This document shows positions 1-10,223 of a stretch of DNA of 64,000 nucleotides, in pieces (positions within the stretch are counted from its first letter, which is position 1; each line of letters starts with the position of its first letter). The stretch covers positions 13,662-77,661 of the forward strand of contig CAYYMM010000003.1 of assembly GCA_964472395.1 (NCBI GenBank). Direction: 5' to 3'. The DNA comes from an uncultured bacterium (GTDB lineage: Bacteria; CSSED10-310; CALFER01). The notes beneath the pieces are model-generated. The model had not been told where the DNA came from. It searched no databases and saw only the letters and a program-made list of their open reading frames with translations. The translations under genes and the position numbers were made by a program.

Positions 1-931
1 TGAAATCACACTCACCACGATCGGGAGCGTGGCGAAACACCCGGAACTATTCTCGAAGTTTCGGTTCATCCTCATCGACGAGTGCCACCTGGTCAACGCC
101 AAGGGAGGCATGTACAAGAAGTTCATCGAGGGGATTGAACAGTGTCGGGTTCTCGGACTGACCGCCACACCCTACCGGCTGGCGAGCAACTCGTTCGGCT
201 CGGAGCTCCGGTTCCTCACCCGGACGCGCCCCCGGGTGTTCCGGGATGTCGTTTACTACGTCCAGAACAGCACCCTTTTCGACGCGGGGTTCCTGGCACC
301 GATCGAATACATCGATGTCCGGGGATTCGATCGATCCAGACTCCGACCCAATAGCACAGGCGCAGAGTTCGATGAGAACTCGGTGCGCTCCTATCAGCGC
401 GCCACGAACTTCCTCGATCATGTTGTCGAGAAAGTCCGCGAGGTGTCGTTCCTGCGGAAAAATGCTCTCGTCTTCACCCGGTTCATCGAGGAGTCGGAAT
501 TCATCGTCCGGAATGTCCCTGGCGCGGTGCTCGTCACGGGCGAGACACCGAAGACCGAGCGGGACCGGATCGGCAACGCATTCAGGAGGGGGACGATCAA
601 GGTCGTGTGCAACTGCGGAGTCTACACGACTGGCTTCGACTACCCGGAACTGGAGACGGTCGTTCTCGCCCGGGCAACCATGTCTCTCGGCCTCCTCTAC
701 CAGATGATCGGGCGCGGGATCCGACCGCACCCGTCGAAGCGCTGCTGCCAGGTCGTCGACATGTGCGGCAACGTCAACCATTTCGGCAAGATCGAGGATC
801 TGAAACTGGTCGATGGCGGGAACGGGAAGTGGTTCATCGAATCCCGCGGTCGGCAGCTCACGAACGTGCTCACCGAGACGTCGCATTCAACGAAAAACTC
901 TCTCTGGAAGAAGCACGCCTGGAGTCGATAG
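1..931 (+). CDS. Superfamily II DEAD/DEAH-box helicase, C-terminal portion (5' end outside window); phage/integrative-element type
   Basis: Reading frame is open to the window edge. Motif II FILIDECH, motif III GLTATP, helicase C-terminal motifs (TTGFDxPELETVVLARAT, QMIGRGIRP). Confidence 0.7.
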   Translation, partial: EITLTTIGSVAKHPELFSKFRFILIDECHLVNAKGGMYKKFIEGIEQCRVLGLTATPYRLASNSFGSELRFLTRTRPRVFRDVVYYVQNSTLFDAGFLAPIEYIDVRGFDRSRLRPNSTGAEFDENSVRSYQRATNFLDHVVEKVREVSFLRKNALVFTRFIEESEFIVRNVPGAVLVTGETPKTERDRIGNAFRRGTIKVVCNCGVYTTGFDYPELETVVLARATMSLGLLYQMIGRGIRPHPSKRCCQVVDMCGNVNHFGKIEDLKLVDGGNGKWFIESRGRQLTNVLTETSHSTKNSLWKKHAWSR

Positions 932-1049
932 AATGCACGCGAGGCCGCTCCATAAATTATTGAAAAATAAGGTCTTTTTCCTTGATGGGTTCCGACCGTC
1001 ACGGCTGAATGAAGATGTCGATGGAACGACACCAACCAAGGAGGAAGAG

Positions 1050-2003
1050 ATGGAACAGCGGAACGAAACAGCAAGAACACCGAGACAGTATCAGGTACCC
1101 AACCAGAGAGCATTCGGAATAACCTTCGGGATCGAGATCGAATGCCTCCTGCCGATCGGATCGGTTCGCGCAGGCGCATACCACGCCGGACGCGAACTGG
1201 GCGGCCGATTCCCCACCGGATGGAATGCACAGAAGGACAGCAGCCTGAGCACCACGCTGCAGGGATACGAAGGAGTCGAGATTGTAAGCCCGATTCTGAA
1301 AGGCATAGACGGTATCGAGCAGGTCAAGAAGGTGGCTGACCTCCTCAACGAGATGGGTGCCCGGGTCAACAAGACCTGCGGATTCCATGTTCACGTAGGA
1401 GTTCGAAGCATCGCCGGACAAGATTACGACCAGGTTGCGGATTTTGTCCGCAGGCTCCTGAAACTGACAGCGCAGCACGAGATGGCCTTCTACGGCGCCT
1501 CCGGATCCGAAAGCAGATTCACAAGCCGATACTGCGCGAGCATCGCGAAGGGCAAATGGGCGACTCGGAAGGATGGCGCACTCGCGAAGAAGAACCTGAA
1601 CGCGGAAGAGCTGAGACTCGCAGCCGCTGGTATCGACCGATACCAACTTCTGAATGTAGCCCCGGTATTCGATTCCAAGAAAACGGTCGAATTCCGGGTT
1701 TTCTCGGGAACGACCAGCGCGATCAAGATGACGGCCTACATCCAGATGGCACTGGCCGCCGCCTCGAGAGCGATGGACAACGACACCGGCTTCGACGCGA
1801 TCAGCACCAAATACGCAGGCAGCGGATCCGCCGGAGCGATGAAGAGATTCTTCTACCTGATGGGCTGGACCCGGGGCCGCAAGGATTACTACCAGCCAGA
1901 GTGCAAGGTGGAAGGCTGGATCGACGACATGGGAAACCTGAAGGCGACGAAAAAAGAGCTGATGCGCCTGGCTCGCAAGTTCGACGAGCAGGTGGGGCAA
2001 TAG
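1050..2003 (+). CDS. Putative amidoligase (Amidoligase_2-like, GS-like fold)
   Basis: In-frame ATG at 1050 preceded by AAGGAGGAAG. Motifs GIEIEC and CGFHVHVG are typical of phage-associated amidoligases. The longer track ORF from 813 would overlap the helicase. Confidence 0.55.
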   Translation: MEQRNETARTPRQYQVPNQRAFGITFGIEIECLLPIGSVRAGAYHAGRELGGRFPTGWNAQKDSSLSTTLQGYEGVEIVSPILKGIDGIEQVKKVADLLNEMGARVNKTCGFHVHVGVRSIAGQDYDQVADFVRRLLKLTAQHEMAFYGASGSESRFTSRYCASIAKGKWATRKDGALAKKNLNAEELRLAAAGIDRYQLLNVAPVFDSKKTVEFRVFSGTTSAIKMTAYIQMALAAASRAMDNDTGFDAISTKYAGSGSAGAMKRFFYLMGWTRGRKDYYQPECKVEGWIDDMGNLKATKKELMRLARKFDEQVGQ

Positions 2004-2057
2004 AAACACGATGGGGGATCGCAGACAGCATGCGATCCCCCGCATCGGAGATCGAGG

Positions 2058-2255
2058 ATGGGAAACGAATTCATATCAACTGGCAAAGCCGCAAGGCGAC
2101 TTGGAATCCACCAGGACACGATTCGAAAAATGTTCCGACAGAACAAGCTCGATGGCTACCTGATCACCACGAACGCCAAGGCCGGAACATATCGCATCAT
2201 GATCTCAGTCCACAGCATCGAGCTCCTCGTGAAGGGCCAGAAGATCGAGAAGTAA
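2058..2255 (+). CDS. Excisionase/AlpA-type HTH_17 DNA-binding protein
   Basis: 65 aa; STGKAARRLGIHQDTIRKMFRQNKL matches the Xis/MerR-like HTH; sits immediately upstream of the integrase. Confidence 0.6.
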   Translation: MGNEFISTGKAARRLGIHQDTIRKMFRQNKLDGYLITTNAKAGTYRIMISVHSIELLVKGQKIEK

Positions 2256-2257
2256 AC

Positions 2258-2581
2258 ATGCCGCCACGTTACCTCTCACCCAAGCAGGCAGCCGAACACA
2301 CTGGTTACAGTGTGGATTACCTGTTGCGGCATAAGAGTGAATTCGGTTATGTTCCTGGCAGGCCGATTAAAATCGATATCCGGGATCTGGATGCCTGGAT
2401 GGACCGGAGGAAGCGTCATGGGAGAGAAGACGGGGAAGATCAGGTTCAGACCAGACAGAAACAGGTGGGAACTCGACATCCACCTGGATGGACAGAGGAT
2501 AAAACGCCTCTTTCCTTCGAAGTCACTCGCGATGGAAAAGTTATCCGAATTGCGAAAAATGAAAGGGTTTGTCGAGTCTGA
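2258..2581 (+). CDS. Second AlpA-like HTH_17 protein (3' end overlaps the integrase start)
   Basis: ATG 3 nt after the stop of the previous gene. LSPKQAAEHTGYSVDYLL...PIKIDIRDLDAWM fits the AlpA consensus. It is the 3' part of track ORF 1556..2581. The 164-nt out-of-frame overlap with int is unusual. Confidence 0.45.
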   Translation: MPPRYLSPKQAAEHTGYSVDYLLRHKSEFGYVPGRPIKIDIRDLDAWMDRRKRHGREDGEDQVQTRQKQVGTRHPPGWTEDKTPLSFEVTRDGKVIRIAKNERVCRV

Positions 2582-3512
2582 GTTGAATCTGCCTTTCAAG
2601 GTCCCGAAAAAACAGACACAGGTCGCCTTCAATACCCTCGTGTCAAAATTCCTGACCATCCGGGAAAGCTCGCACACGAAGCAAACGTTCGCTCGTGAAC
2701 TCTCCATCGTCACAAATCATCTTGCACCCTTCTTCAAAGACATCTTGATTTCTGATATCAGACTCGAACACATCGATCGGTATAAAACAGAGCGGCTCGC
2801 AGATAAAATCTCGCCGGCAACCGTCCGGAAGGAGCTGAATGTCCTGAGTGCAATCCTCACGATGGCAGTCAAGTACCGCTACATCGACCATAACATCCTC
2901 AGAGACGCCGATCGCATCCGCATTCCAGACCGAGACCCGATGTTCCTGAATCCCGATCAGGTGCAGCTGTTCCTCTCGTGCTGCAGTCAGGATTTCCTTC
3001 CGCTTGCGATGACTTATCTGTACTGCGGACTCCGAAGAGATGAAGCATTCAACCTTACCTGGGATGATATCAACTTTGAGCAGAACGAACTCACGATTCG
3101 TGCCGCCACCTCAAAGACAAAGAGAGCGCGCACGATTCCGATTCATCCAGACCTGAAAACTGAACTGATGAAGCAGAAACTCCGGATTGGCGAATCAAAG
3201 TTTGTATTTCCAGGGCAATATGGCAAGAAGCGGATCACCTGCCAGCATGCATTTCGGAAAGCGAAAGCAAAGGCAAAACTCGGAAAACGACTCAGACTCC
3301 ATGATCTGAGGCACACCTGGGCGAGTAACTGTCTGATGGCGGGAATCGACCCGATGACCGTGAAGGAATGGGGCGGCTGGAGCTCGATCAAACTGCTCGA
3401 CATTTATGGTCATCCGGATCGGAGAAAAGACGGAGAGAAAATCAACCGTCTGAATTTTTTTAGTCCCCAAAACGTCCCCAAAAATGAATCAGGCGTGATC
3501 TCTCACGCCTAA
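2418..3512 (+). CDS. int: Tyrosine recombinase / phage-type integrase
   Basis: GGAGG RBS then ATG at 2418. N-terminal arm-binding segment IRFRPDRNRWELDIHLDGQRIKRLF. C-terminal catalytic region HDLRHTWAS...LLDIYGH (R..HxxR..Y). Ends 20 bp from the tRNA-Glu 3' end. Confidence 0.9.
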   Translation: MGEKTGKIRFRPDRNRWELDIHLDGQRIKRLFPSKSLAMEKLSELRKMKGFVESELNLPFKVPKKQTQVAFNTLVSKFLTIRESSHTKQTFARELSIVTNHLAPFFKDILISDIRLEHIDRYKTERLADKISPATVRKELNVLSAILTMAVKYRYIDHNILRDADRIRIPDRDPMFLNPDQVQLFLSCCSQDFLPLAMTYLYCGLRRDEAFNLTWDDINFEQNELTIRAATSKTKRARTIPIHPDLKTELMKQKLRIGESKFVFPGQYGKKRITCQHAFRKAKAKAKLGKRLRLHDLRHTWASNCLMAGIDPMTVKEWGGWSSIKLLDIYGHPDRRKDGEKINRLNFFSPQNVPKNESGVISHA

Positions 3513-3531
3513 GTCATTGATTTCTATGAAG

Positions 3532-3604
3532 CGTCCCCAGCGGGATTCGAACCCGCGTCGCGGCCGTGAAAGGGCCGTGTCCTGGGCCTCTAGACGATGG
3601 GGAC
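3532..3604 (-). tRNA. tRNA-Glu (anticodon TTC)
   Basis: Reverse complement reads GTCCCCATCGTCTAGAGGCCCAGGACACGGCCCTTTCACGGCCGCGACGCGGGTTCGAATCCCGCTGGGGACG. 7-bp acceptor stem, anticodon loop CTTTCAC, GTTCGAATC T-loop, CCA not encoded. Confidence 0.9.
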
Positions 3605-3617
3605 GAACTGAAAACCC

Positions 3618-3690
3618 TGAGCGCAGAAGGATTCGAACCTTCGACCCACGGCTTAAAAGGCCGTTGCTCTACCAACTGAGCTATGCGCCC
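3618..3690 (-). tRNA. tRNA-Lys (anticodon TTT)
   Basis: Reverse complement reads GGGCGCATAGCTCAGTTGGTAGAGCAACGGCCTTTTAAGCCGTGGGTCGAAGGTTCGAATCCTTCTGCGCTCA. Anticodon loop CTTTTAA, canonical D- and T-loops. Confidence 0.9.
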
Positions 3691-3728
3691 GCTTCCGCTA
3701 AACGCGCCGCTCACAACGGCCCGAACGC

Positions 3729-3762
3729 GAACGCCGCCTAACCCTACTCACCACTCCCCTCC
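3729..3762 (-). promoter_or_regulatory. Candidate sigma70-like promoter for the tRNA-Lys/tRNA-Glu pair
   Basis: On the minus strand, TTGACA (plus 3757..3762), a 17-nt spacer, then a weak -10 TAGGGT about 30 nt upstream of tRNA-Lys. The -10 is poor. Confidence 0.25.
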
Positions 3763-4176
3763 TTGTCAAGCCCTTTTTTCTCCTCCGCCTCGCCCCACCC
3801 GTCACCCCACCCTGCCACTCCTTCGCCTCCCCCATCCCATCACCCGCAACGCATTCCCAATCACCAGAAACGATGACCCCATGTCTGCCACAACCGCAGC
3901 GGCGACGAACCATTACGGCGATCCGGTCAGAATGCCTGCAGAAATGCGAATGCCCGAGAGAATCACGGGGAGTGCCGTCGACGGCCTGAGCAGTCTACCG
4001 CTGTCGGATCGAGGGGTTACCGCGCTTCAATCGAAGTCCTTCCCGGGCATGACCCGCTCCCCCTCCTTAGATACCGAATCCCGACACCCGTCTTCAAGCA
4101 GGTGACCCCCATCCCCTTTCATGCTATCGTTCCACCCTGTCGATTCGTTATCCCCAACAGGAGGCTCCCGCAGACC

Positions 4177-5172
4177 ATGACTGACCATTCTTCAGAAATT
4201 TCCGCTGCCGATACACCGGAATCGCGCCTGGCCGCCGAAGGCATCTATTCCGATGTCCCCGAAGTCAACCGAAGGCTCTTCGAGACACTCGATGCACTCC
4301 AGTCCGCCGGATTCCAGTTCATCGACGCCACGCCGATCGCCTACGGCTCGAAACTCACCCTGGAACACACCGGCAAATCGCTGTCAGCCTCCATCTACTA
4401 CTCCTCGAAACGCGGCATCTCGGTCGTCATCCCCCCCAATATTCCTAAAACGATCTCCGACCAGCTCCGCGGCATCCTGCTCGCCCCCCCCTCCGCTCAA
4501 ACCGAAACCGTCCGGGGTGAGGAGTCCCGATACGCATCCTGGATCGGTGCCGACGAGGCCGGCAAGGGAGACTTCATGGGCCCGCTGGTCACCGCGGCTT
4601 TCTTCATCACCCGCGAGATGCTCCCCGAGATCCGCGGGATGGGCGTCCGAGACTCGAAGATGATCCGGAACGACGAATGCCGGGCGATCGCGCGACGGCT
4701 GTTTCTCACATACCGTAACCACATCGCCCTGACAGCACTGCCACCTGAAACTTATAACCGCCTCTATTCCGATTTCTCGGCCGAAGGCAAATCCCTCAAT
4801 GCGCTGCTCGCATGGGCTCATGGCAAATCAATCGGTTCGCTTCTGAATCGGAAACCCGAAGCGGTCATTCTGGATCGGTTTGCCGCGGAAAGCATGATCC
4901 GCCGCTATATCCGGACGGATTGCCCGCTAATCGCGAGGCCTCGTGCCGAAGACAACTCCGCGGTCGCCGCCGCCTCGATTCTCGCGAGAGCCCATTACCT
5001 CCACACCCTCGAACAGCTCTCCAAAACATTCGATATCGATCTGGTGTCCGGATCCGGTGAATCAGCGGATGAGGCGGCTCGTGCCATTTTCCGGCGTCAC
5101 GGCGAGGAAGGGCTGGCACGTTCGATCAAACTGCATTTCAAGAATACCCAGCGTGTAATCGGACTCAAATGA
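4177..5172 (+). CDS. rnhC: Ribonuclease HIII
   Basis: AGGAGG RBS then ATG at 4177. N-terminal DUF3378-like domain, then catalytic motifs WIGADEAGKGDFMGPLV, RDSKMI and AVAAASILA, typical of RNase HII/HIII. The length and N-terminal domain fit HIII. Confidence 0.8.
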   Translation: MTDHSSEISAADTPESRLAAEGIYSDVPEVNRRLFETLDALQSAGFQFIDATPIAYGSKLTLEHTGKSLSASIYYSSKRGISVVIPPNIPKTISDQLRGILLAPPSAQTETVRGEESRYASWIGADEAGKGDFMGPLVTAAFFITREMLPEIRGMGVRDSKMIRNDECRAIARRLFLTYRNHIALTALPPETYNRLYSDFSAEGKSLNALLAWAHGKSIGSLLNRKPEAVILDRFAAESMIRRYIRTDCPLIARPRAEDNSAVAAASILARAHYLHTLEQLSKTFDIDLVSGSGESADEAARAIFRRHGEEGLARSIKLHFKNTQRVIGLK

Positions 5173-5205
5173 AAAAGGCGTCGTTTCCAACGCCTCTTTC
5201 GTGCG
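5173..5205. terminator. Possible bidirectional terminator between convergent rnhC and the response-regulator gene
   Basis: AAAAAGGCGTCGTTTCCAACGCCTCTTT: a GGCGT/ACGCC stem flanked by A and T runs. Confidence 0.35.
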
Positions 5206-5387
5206 ATCTGCCGGTCCCAATTCCAGCAAATCAAGGGTCTTTGCTCCTGCGCTCTATCCTTCGCTCCGCCTGCAGTCCGGTTCCAGGGAGCCTGAACCAC
5301 ACCTGAGCATGATTCAGTGGAAATAGTCTCGGCGATTCCATGAACCGAAACAATCAGGGAATCCCCGAGAACCGACTTCGATAATCC

Positions 5388-6040
5388 TTAGAGCTGCGTC
5401 AAACCCTCACGGATCGCATACTTCGTCAACTCGGCGATGCTGTGTAACCCGAGTTTCTCCATGAGTTGCTGCCGGTAAGTCTCGATCGTCTTGACGCTGA
5501 CGCCGAGTAAAAACGCGACATCCTTCGTCGAGCGTCCCTCGGCAAGCAACTGCAGAACCTCGCGTTCGCGCGCCGTCAGCACCGCAAATGCCGACCGGTC
5601 GTTCTGCGCGAGCTGCGCCACGTAATCTTTGACCACCAGATCGGTAATCTCGGCACTGAGATAGGTCTTGTCGTCCATGACCGCCCGGATGGCTCCGGCC
5701 ATCTCCTCGAACGCGCAATCCTTCAGCAAATACCCCCTCGCCCCCGCTTTAAGTGTCTCAATCACGAACCGCCGGTCGGAATGCATCGATAACGCGATCA
5801 CCCGTATCTGAGGGTGATTGTCACGAATCCGGCGGGTCGCCTCGATCCCGTTGAGCACGGGCATGGACACATCCATGATCACGATATCCGGGAGGATCTC
5901 ATCGACCACCTTCACCGCCTGCGCTCCATCCTCCGCTTCGGCGATAACCCGCATGCCTTTCTGCTTTTCGATCAGCAGTTTTAACCCCTGCCGTACGATG
6001 CGATGATCGTCGGCCAGCAGTATCGTAATCTCATGAGACA
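5388..6040 (-). CDS. NarL/FixJ-family response regulator (REC + LuxR-type HTH)
   Basis: ILLADDH...IVIMDVSMP receiver domain. C-terminal LTAREREVLQLLAEGRSTKDVAFLLGVSVKTIETYR HTH. The start ATG overlaps the stop of the upstream kinase (ATGtctcaTGA). Confidence 0.9.
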
Positions 6041-7209
6041 TGATCCGCACCCTCCAGACTTTCAAGCAACGGCGCGATCAGTACGGCCCGTGTACCCTGC
6101 CCGGGAGTGGAATCGATCCGGAACGACCCGCCGACATGACCCATCCGCTCACGGATGCTGAGCAGCCCGAATCCGCCGTTTCCAGCCAACGCCGCACGAT
6201 TCTCAGGATCAAACCCGACCCCGTCATCCCGAACCTCGACCCGCATCCACATACCATCCCGGTTCATGCTAATCTGGACGTCTCGCGCATGCGCATGCTT
6301 GACGACATTCATCAGCAGCTCACGCACGGACTTGAATACAGCCGCGCGGGTATCATCCCCAAGATTCTTGCTGCGGCCGTCATCGCTCAGCCCGATCGCC
6401 AACCCGTATTTTTCGCGCACCTGATCCGCCAGCCACTCGATCGCCGCCGCACAGCTCAACTCATACAGCGCCGGAGGGCTGAGTTCCGTCATGAGCGAGC
6501 GGGTAAACCGGATCGCGTCCTCCGTCAGTTCGCGAATCGCATTGAGCTCCAGAGCAATCTCAGGGGTTTCAGTTTGCATGGCCAGCGCTCCGAGTCTGAT
6601 TTTGATGACCGCGAGCGACTGACCGATCTGATCGTGCAGTTCCACCGCGATCCTCCGCCGCTCGCGCTCTTCAATCGACGAAAGCTGCATGGTGAGCGTT
6701 CTGAGCTGGTCCTGATACTCGCGGATCCGCCTCGTCCGATCCTCGACGCGCGCTTCGAGATCGTCGTGCGCTCTCTTGAGAGCTTCGTCGGTCCTGCGGC
6801 GTTCGACATAGGATCCGAGCATTTCGGCCACCACGTTGAGGAGATCCCGCTCCTCGATCATGAATGGACCTTCGGATTCCTGGGGTCGCGGTTCGAGATA
6901 GAAAACCTCGATCCATCCGCATTCTCCGCCGGACGTCACGATGGCCGCCCGCTGCCGCCATGCGGTGGGAGTAAAATTCAGCGACGAATAGCTCTCATCG
7001 CCCAAAACGATCCGCACCGCGGTTACCTCGGGATACTGCCAGCCCTGGGGCAGCATCAGAGCGATTTCGTTGATCACGTCGGCAATGGGCCGAGTCGAGT
7101 CCTGAAGGAGTCTCGATGTGCGGATAATCGCCGTCAACTCCTTGACGCGCTCGCGCAGATCGTACACGACACGCGAATGCCGCGGTCTGCCGATCGGTCC
7201 GCGCGCCAT
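6031..7209 (-). CDS. Cytoplasmic NarX/HisKA_3-type sensor histidine kinase
   Basis: No TM segment. H-box ERRRIAVELHDQIGQSL. HATPase_c motifs (VRELLMNVVKHA, DDGVGF, GGFGL). Translationally coupled to the response regulator. Confidence 0.85.
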   Translation of the reverse strand: MARGPIGRPRHSRVVYDLRERVKELTAIIRTSRLLQDSTRPIADVINEIALMLPQGWQYPEVTAVRIVLGDESYSSLNFTPTAWRQRAAIVTSGGECGWIEVFYLEPRPQESEGPFMIEERDLLNVVAEMLGSYVERRRTDEALKRAHDDLEARVEDRTRRIREYQDQLRTLTMQLSSIEERERRRIAVELHDQIGQSLAVIKIRLGALAMQTETPEIALELNAIRELTEDAIRFTRSLMTELSPPALYELSCAAAIEWLADQVREKYGLAIGLSDDGRSKNLGDDTRAAVFKSVRELLMNVVKHAHARDVQISMNRDGMWMRVEVRDDGVGFDPENRAALAGNGGFGLLSIRERMGHVGGSFRIDSTPGQGTRAVLIAPLLESLEGADHVS

Positions 7210-7238
7210 TCAGATCCCGGAATTCCGATCCGAACGCC

Positions 7239-10223
7239 TCATGCTTGCGACTCCGGACGGATCATCTTCAGACTTTGATCCAGGATGGCCGAGATCTGCT
7301 TGAGCGTGTATGGTTTCTGAATGAACCCGCAGACGCCCTCCTCGCGCAGTTCCGCAGCCTTCCCCTCCAGTGAATATCCGGTTGAAATCAGCACATGCGC
7401 ACCCGGATTGATCCGCTTGAGTTCACGGAAACACTCCAACCCGGTGAACTCGGGCATGACCATGTCCAGAATGACGATGTCCACCGACCGGTGATGATCC
7501 CGGAAATAACTCGCTGCGGAATGCCCGTCCGCGAAGACGATGGTCGTGAATCCGAGCGTCTGGAGGAGCGATTCGGCGGTTTCACGGATGAGCTGATCGT
7601 CGTCGACCAGCATGACCGTGCCGGATTGCATGATGATCTCCCCCGAATCGTCTTCGACTTCCCGATCCCTCGATTCGCTGTTCCGGGGAAAAAACACCGA
7701 AAACGTCGTGCCATGGCCGACTTTTGAGTCCACATAGATGCAACCCGCATGATTCTTGACGATGCCATAGACCATCGCCAGTCCCATTCCGGTTCCGGAT
7801 GTCTGTTCCTTGGTCGTGAAAAACGGCTCGAAAATATGCGGTAGATGCTGCGGATCAATACCGCTGCCGGTATCGCTGACGGTGAGCAGGATGTAGTTTC
7901 CGGGTTTGAGTCCCTCGGTGGTGCGAGGATGCGTGGGTTCAACGACCGCCTGGACGGTCGATAGCAGCATTGTGCCCCCCTGCCGCATGGATTCGCAGGC
8001 ATTGACCGCCAGATTCAACACCACTTGCTGAATCTGCGTCGGGTCGCCCATGACGACACAATTCCTTGCATTCAACCGCTCGATGACCTTGATATCCTTC
8101 GAGATTGTCCAGCGGAGGAGCGCCAGCACCTCCTGGATCGATGCATGAAGATCCACGGGGATCGTCTGGTATTTGCCTTTACGGGCGAATCCGAGCAATT
8201 GGCGTGTGAGTTGTGCGGCCTGCTCGGCGGCTTTCTCGATGGTCCTGACGGCATTCATGACCGATGTGTCGAGATTTGGTTTGTTTTTCAGCAGACTGGC
8301 GTATCCGAGAATGCCGGTGAGCATGTTGTTGAATTCGTGAGCCACACCGCCGGCAAGCCTCCCGATCGCCTCCATCTTCATGCTCTGATGGAGCTGTTCG
8401 TAGGCTTCCTTCGCGTCGGTGATGTCCCGCATGATCCCGACCAGCATCGGTTCGCTGTCCGCTGCCGCGAGCGGCGCCCAGGACTGCGAGACCCAGCGGC
8501 ATTCACCGGACTCGCGCACGATACGGTACTCGACCGAAACCCCGCTCGGGCGCTCAAACGCCTCATCGAAATGCTTCTTCATGGCGATCGCATCGTCCGG
8601 ATGCACGAAGGCGAGGGGTTTTCCGATCAACTGCTCGGGGGCGCATCCAAGAATCGTTCGGGAAGCCGCGCTGACGAACCGGTATCGCCCCTCACGATCA
8701 CACAGGAAAATCAGATCCTTCGAATGCGTCATGATCGACCGAAGATGCGCATCGCTTTGCCTGAGTTTCTCCTCGACCGCGATCCGAGCCAGCGCGACAC
8801 CAATCTGATACGCGATCGCTTCGAGTCCTTTCCTGAGAAAATCCGGAACATGCAGATAGGTTTTGGAGGCCAGATTCAGGCACGCGATGACTTCGCCGAG
8901 ATGCCGGATGGGGATATTGACGATCGAAATGAATCCTTCACTGCGCATCAGATTGATCTGAGGACCTAACAATTCACCAATATTTACATATCGGCTCTGA
9001 CCCGACAGAACGACCCCTCCTTCGAACGAATCGAATGTATATCTCGACACCCGCGCCAGGAATGATTCACTGATTCCTTCAGCATACTTCAACGTAATGT
9101 CACGGGAGGCATGATCAACCACATAGATGCCGCCGCTTTCAAAACCGACCGAATGCCGGGCGGCCTTCAGGCTGAGTTTCAACGCGGTGTCGATGTCCGT
9201 CGCCGCGCTCAGATCGATCGCGAGGTTGCGCTGCGTGGCTGCCAGTCGATCGAGCAACATGCGTTCGAGCATGGCGACGTAGACGGACAGCAGCGTCCCA
9301 ATCGACTCGATATCGATCTCGGTCCACTCCTCGTACGGCAGCGGACGCTCGAACCCCACAAACCCCCAGAACACTTTGCCGACGAAAAGAGGCACGAACA
9401 GACAGGAGCCAATCGGCCTGTTGCCCAGAAACGGGCACTCCACGGCAATCGATCCATGATCGATGGATCGCGCGATGCTTCTCCCGGAAGACAACAGCTC
9501 CGACAATTCCGATGGAATCGCACTGTACTGGATTTCCAGCAGCTTCCGCTGATCCGTCGAATCCGAAATTCCGGGATCCGTGTCGATAACAAACATCCGC
9601 GCACACGGTCCCTTCACGATATCGCAATAGTTTTCAAACACATACGCACTCGACGACCGTGTCGCAATCCGGATCTGCACGAGAATCGACCGGAGCGCTT
9701 CCGTGGAGTCTCCTGCTCCGATAAACAGCCGCGTGCATTCGTTCGTTGCTGCCTGATACATCAGACGGACATGCAGATCCTTCAGATACGGTGTCAATCC
9801 GATGTTCCCGGAGCGATGCCGGACAAGAGCCGACGTGATGACCAGCAGTTCGCTGATACCGGCATCCGTTTCATCAAAATGCAGCTGGACCGCGCCCATC
9901 CGGCGGCACTCGAGTCCCAGGGCACCGGACTCCTCAGGCGCCGTGTCAATCACCACGATCGGCACACTCGCATTCATGATCTCAGGCGACTGCCGGACCG
10001 CTGCGATAGCGCCGGCGGGATCCGGCTCTTCGTCGGACCGATGCATCCAGACGATCGAAAAAAACGGTTCGTGCTGCTCGACGACCGAACCGAGTTCATC
10101 CCGGGCAACTGTCACGAATTGATCCCGGCAGACCGACGCATCGCCCGAAACGATCCGATCGAGCATCGACTCGGGCAGTGTGCTCAGAATCCTCCAGCGG
10201 GTATCCCAATCACGCTTCATCAT
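7239..10223 (-). CDS. Hybrid sensor histidine kinase (GAF/PAS - HisKA - HATPase_c - REC)
   Basis: 994 aa. PAS segment ([18 protein letters not shown]...), His[23 protein letters not shown], HATPase [10 protein letters not shown]-terminal receiver VMLVDDD...VILDMVMP. Confidence 0.85.
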   Translation of the reverse strand: MMKRDWDTRWRILSTLPESMLDRIVSGDASVCRDQFVTVARDELGSVVEQHEPFFSIVWMHRSDEEPDPAGAIAAVRQSPEIMNASVPIVVIDTAPEESGALGLECRRMGAVQLHFDETDAGISELLVITSALVRHRSGNIGLTPYLKDLHVRLMYQAATNECTRLFIGAGDSTEALRSILVQIRIATRSSSAYVFENYCDIVKGPCARMFVIDTDPGISDSTDQRKLLEIQYSAIPSELSELLSSGRSIARSIDHGSIAVECPFLGNRPIGSCLFVPLFVGKVFWGFVGFERPLPYEEWTEIDIESIGTLLSVYVAMLERMLLDRLAATQRNLAIDLSAATDIDTALKLSLKAARHSVGFESGGIYVVDHASRDITLKYAEGISESFLARVSRYTFDSFEGGVVLSGQSRYVNIGELLGPQINLMRSEGFISIVNIPIRHLGEVIACLNLASKTYLHVPDFLRKGLEAIAYQIGVALARIAVEEKLRQSDAHLRSIMTHSKDLIFLCDREGRYRFVSAASRTILGCAPEQLIGKPLAFVHPDDAIAMKKHFDEAFERPSGVSVEYRIVRESGECRWVSQSWAPLAAADSEPMLVGIMRDITDAKEAYEQLHQSMKMEAIGRLAGGVAHEFNNMLTGILGYASLLKNKPNLDTSVMNAVRTIEKAAEQAAQLTRQLLGFARKGKYQTIPVDLHASIQEVLALLRWTISKDIKVIERLNARNCVVMGDPTQIQQVVLNLAVNACESMRQGGTMLLSTVQAVVEPTHPRTTEGLKPGNYILLTVSDTGSGIDPQHLPHIFEPFFTTKEQTSGTGMGLAMVYGIVKNHAGCIYVDSKVGHGTTFSVFFPRNSESRDREVEDDSGEIIMQSGTVMLVDDDQLIRETAESLLQTLGFTTIVFADGHSAASYFRDHHRSVDIVILDMVMPEFTGLECFRELKRINPGAHVLISTGYSLEGKAAELREEGVCGFIQKPYTLKQISAILDQSLKMIRPESQA

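Noticed and set aside
999-2045. 348-aa minus-strand ORF
   Set aside because: It is the antisense of the amidoligase gene. The amidoligase frame has an RBS and family motifs; this one has none.
1556-2581. 341-aa ORF overlapping the amidoligase and HTH genes
   Set aside because: The 5' two-thirds is the alternative frame of the amidoligase gene. Only the part from ATG 2258 (AlpA-like) is plausible.
3517-3741. 74-aa plus-strand ORF
   Set aside because: It is the antisense of the tRNA-Glu and tRNA-Lys genes.
6040-7278. 412-aa plus-strand ORF
   Set aside because: It is the antisense of the NarX-like kinase gene, which has clear H-box and ATPase motifs on the minus strand.
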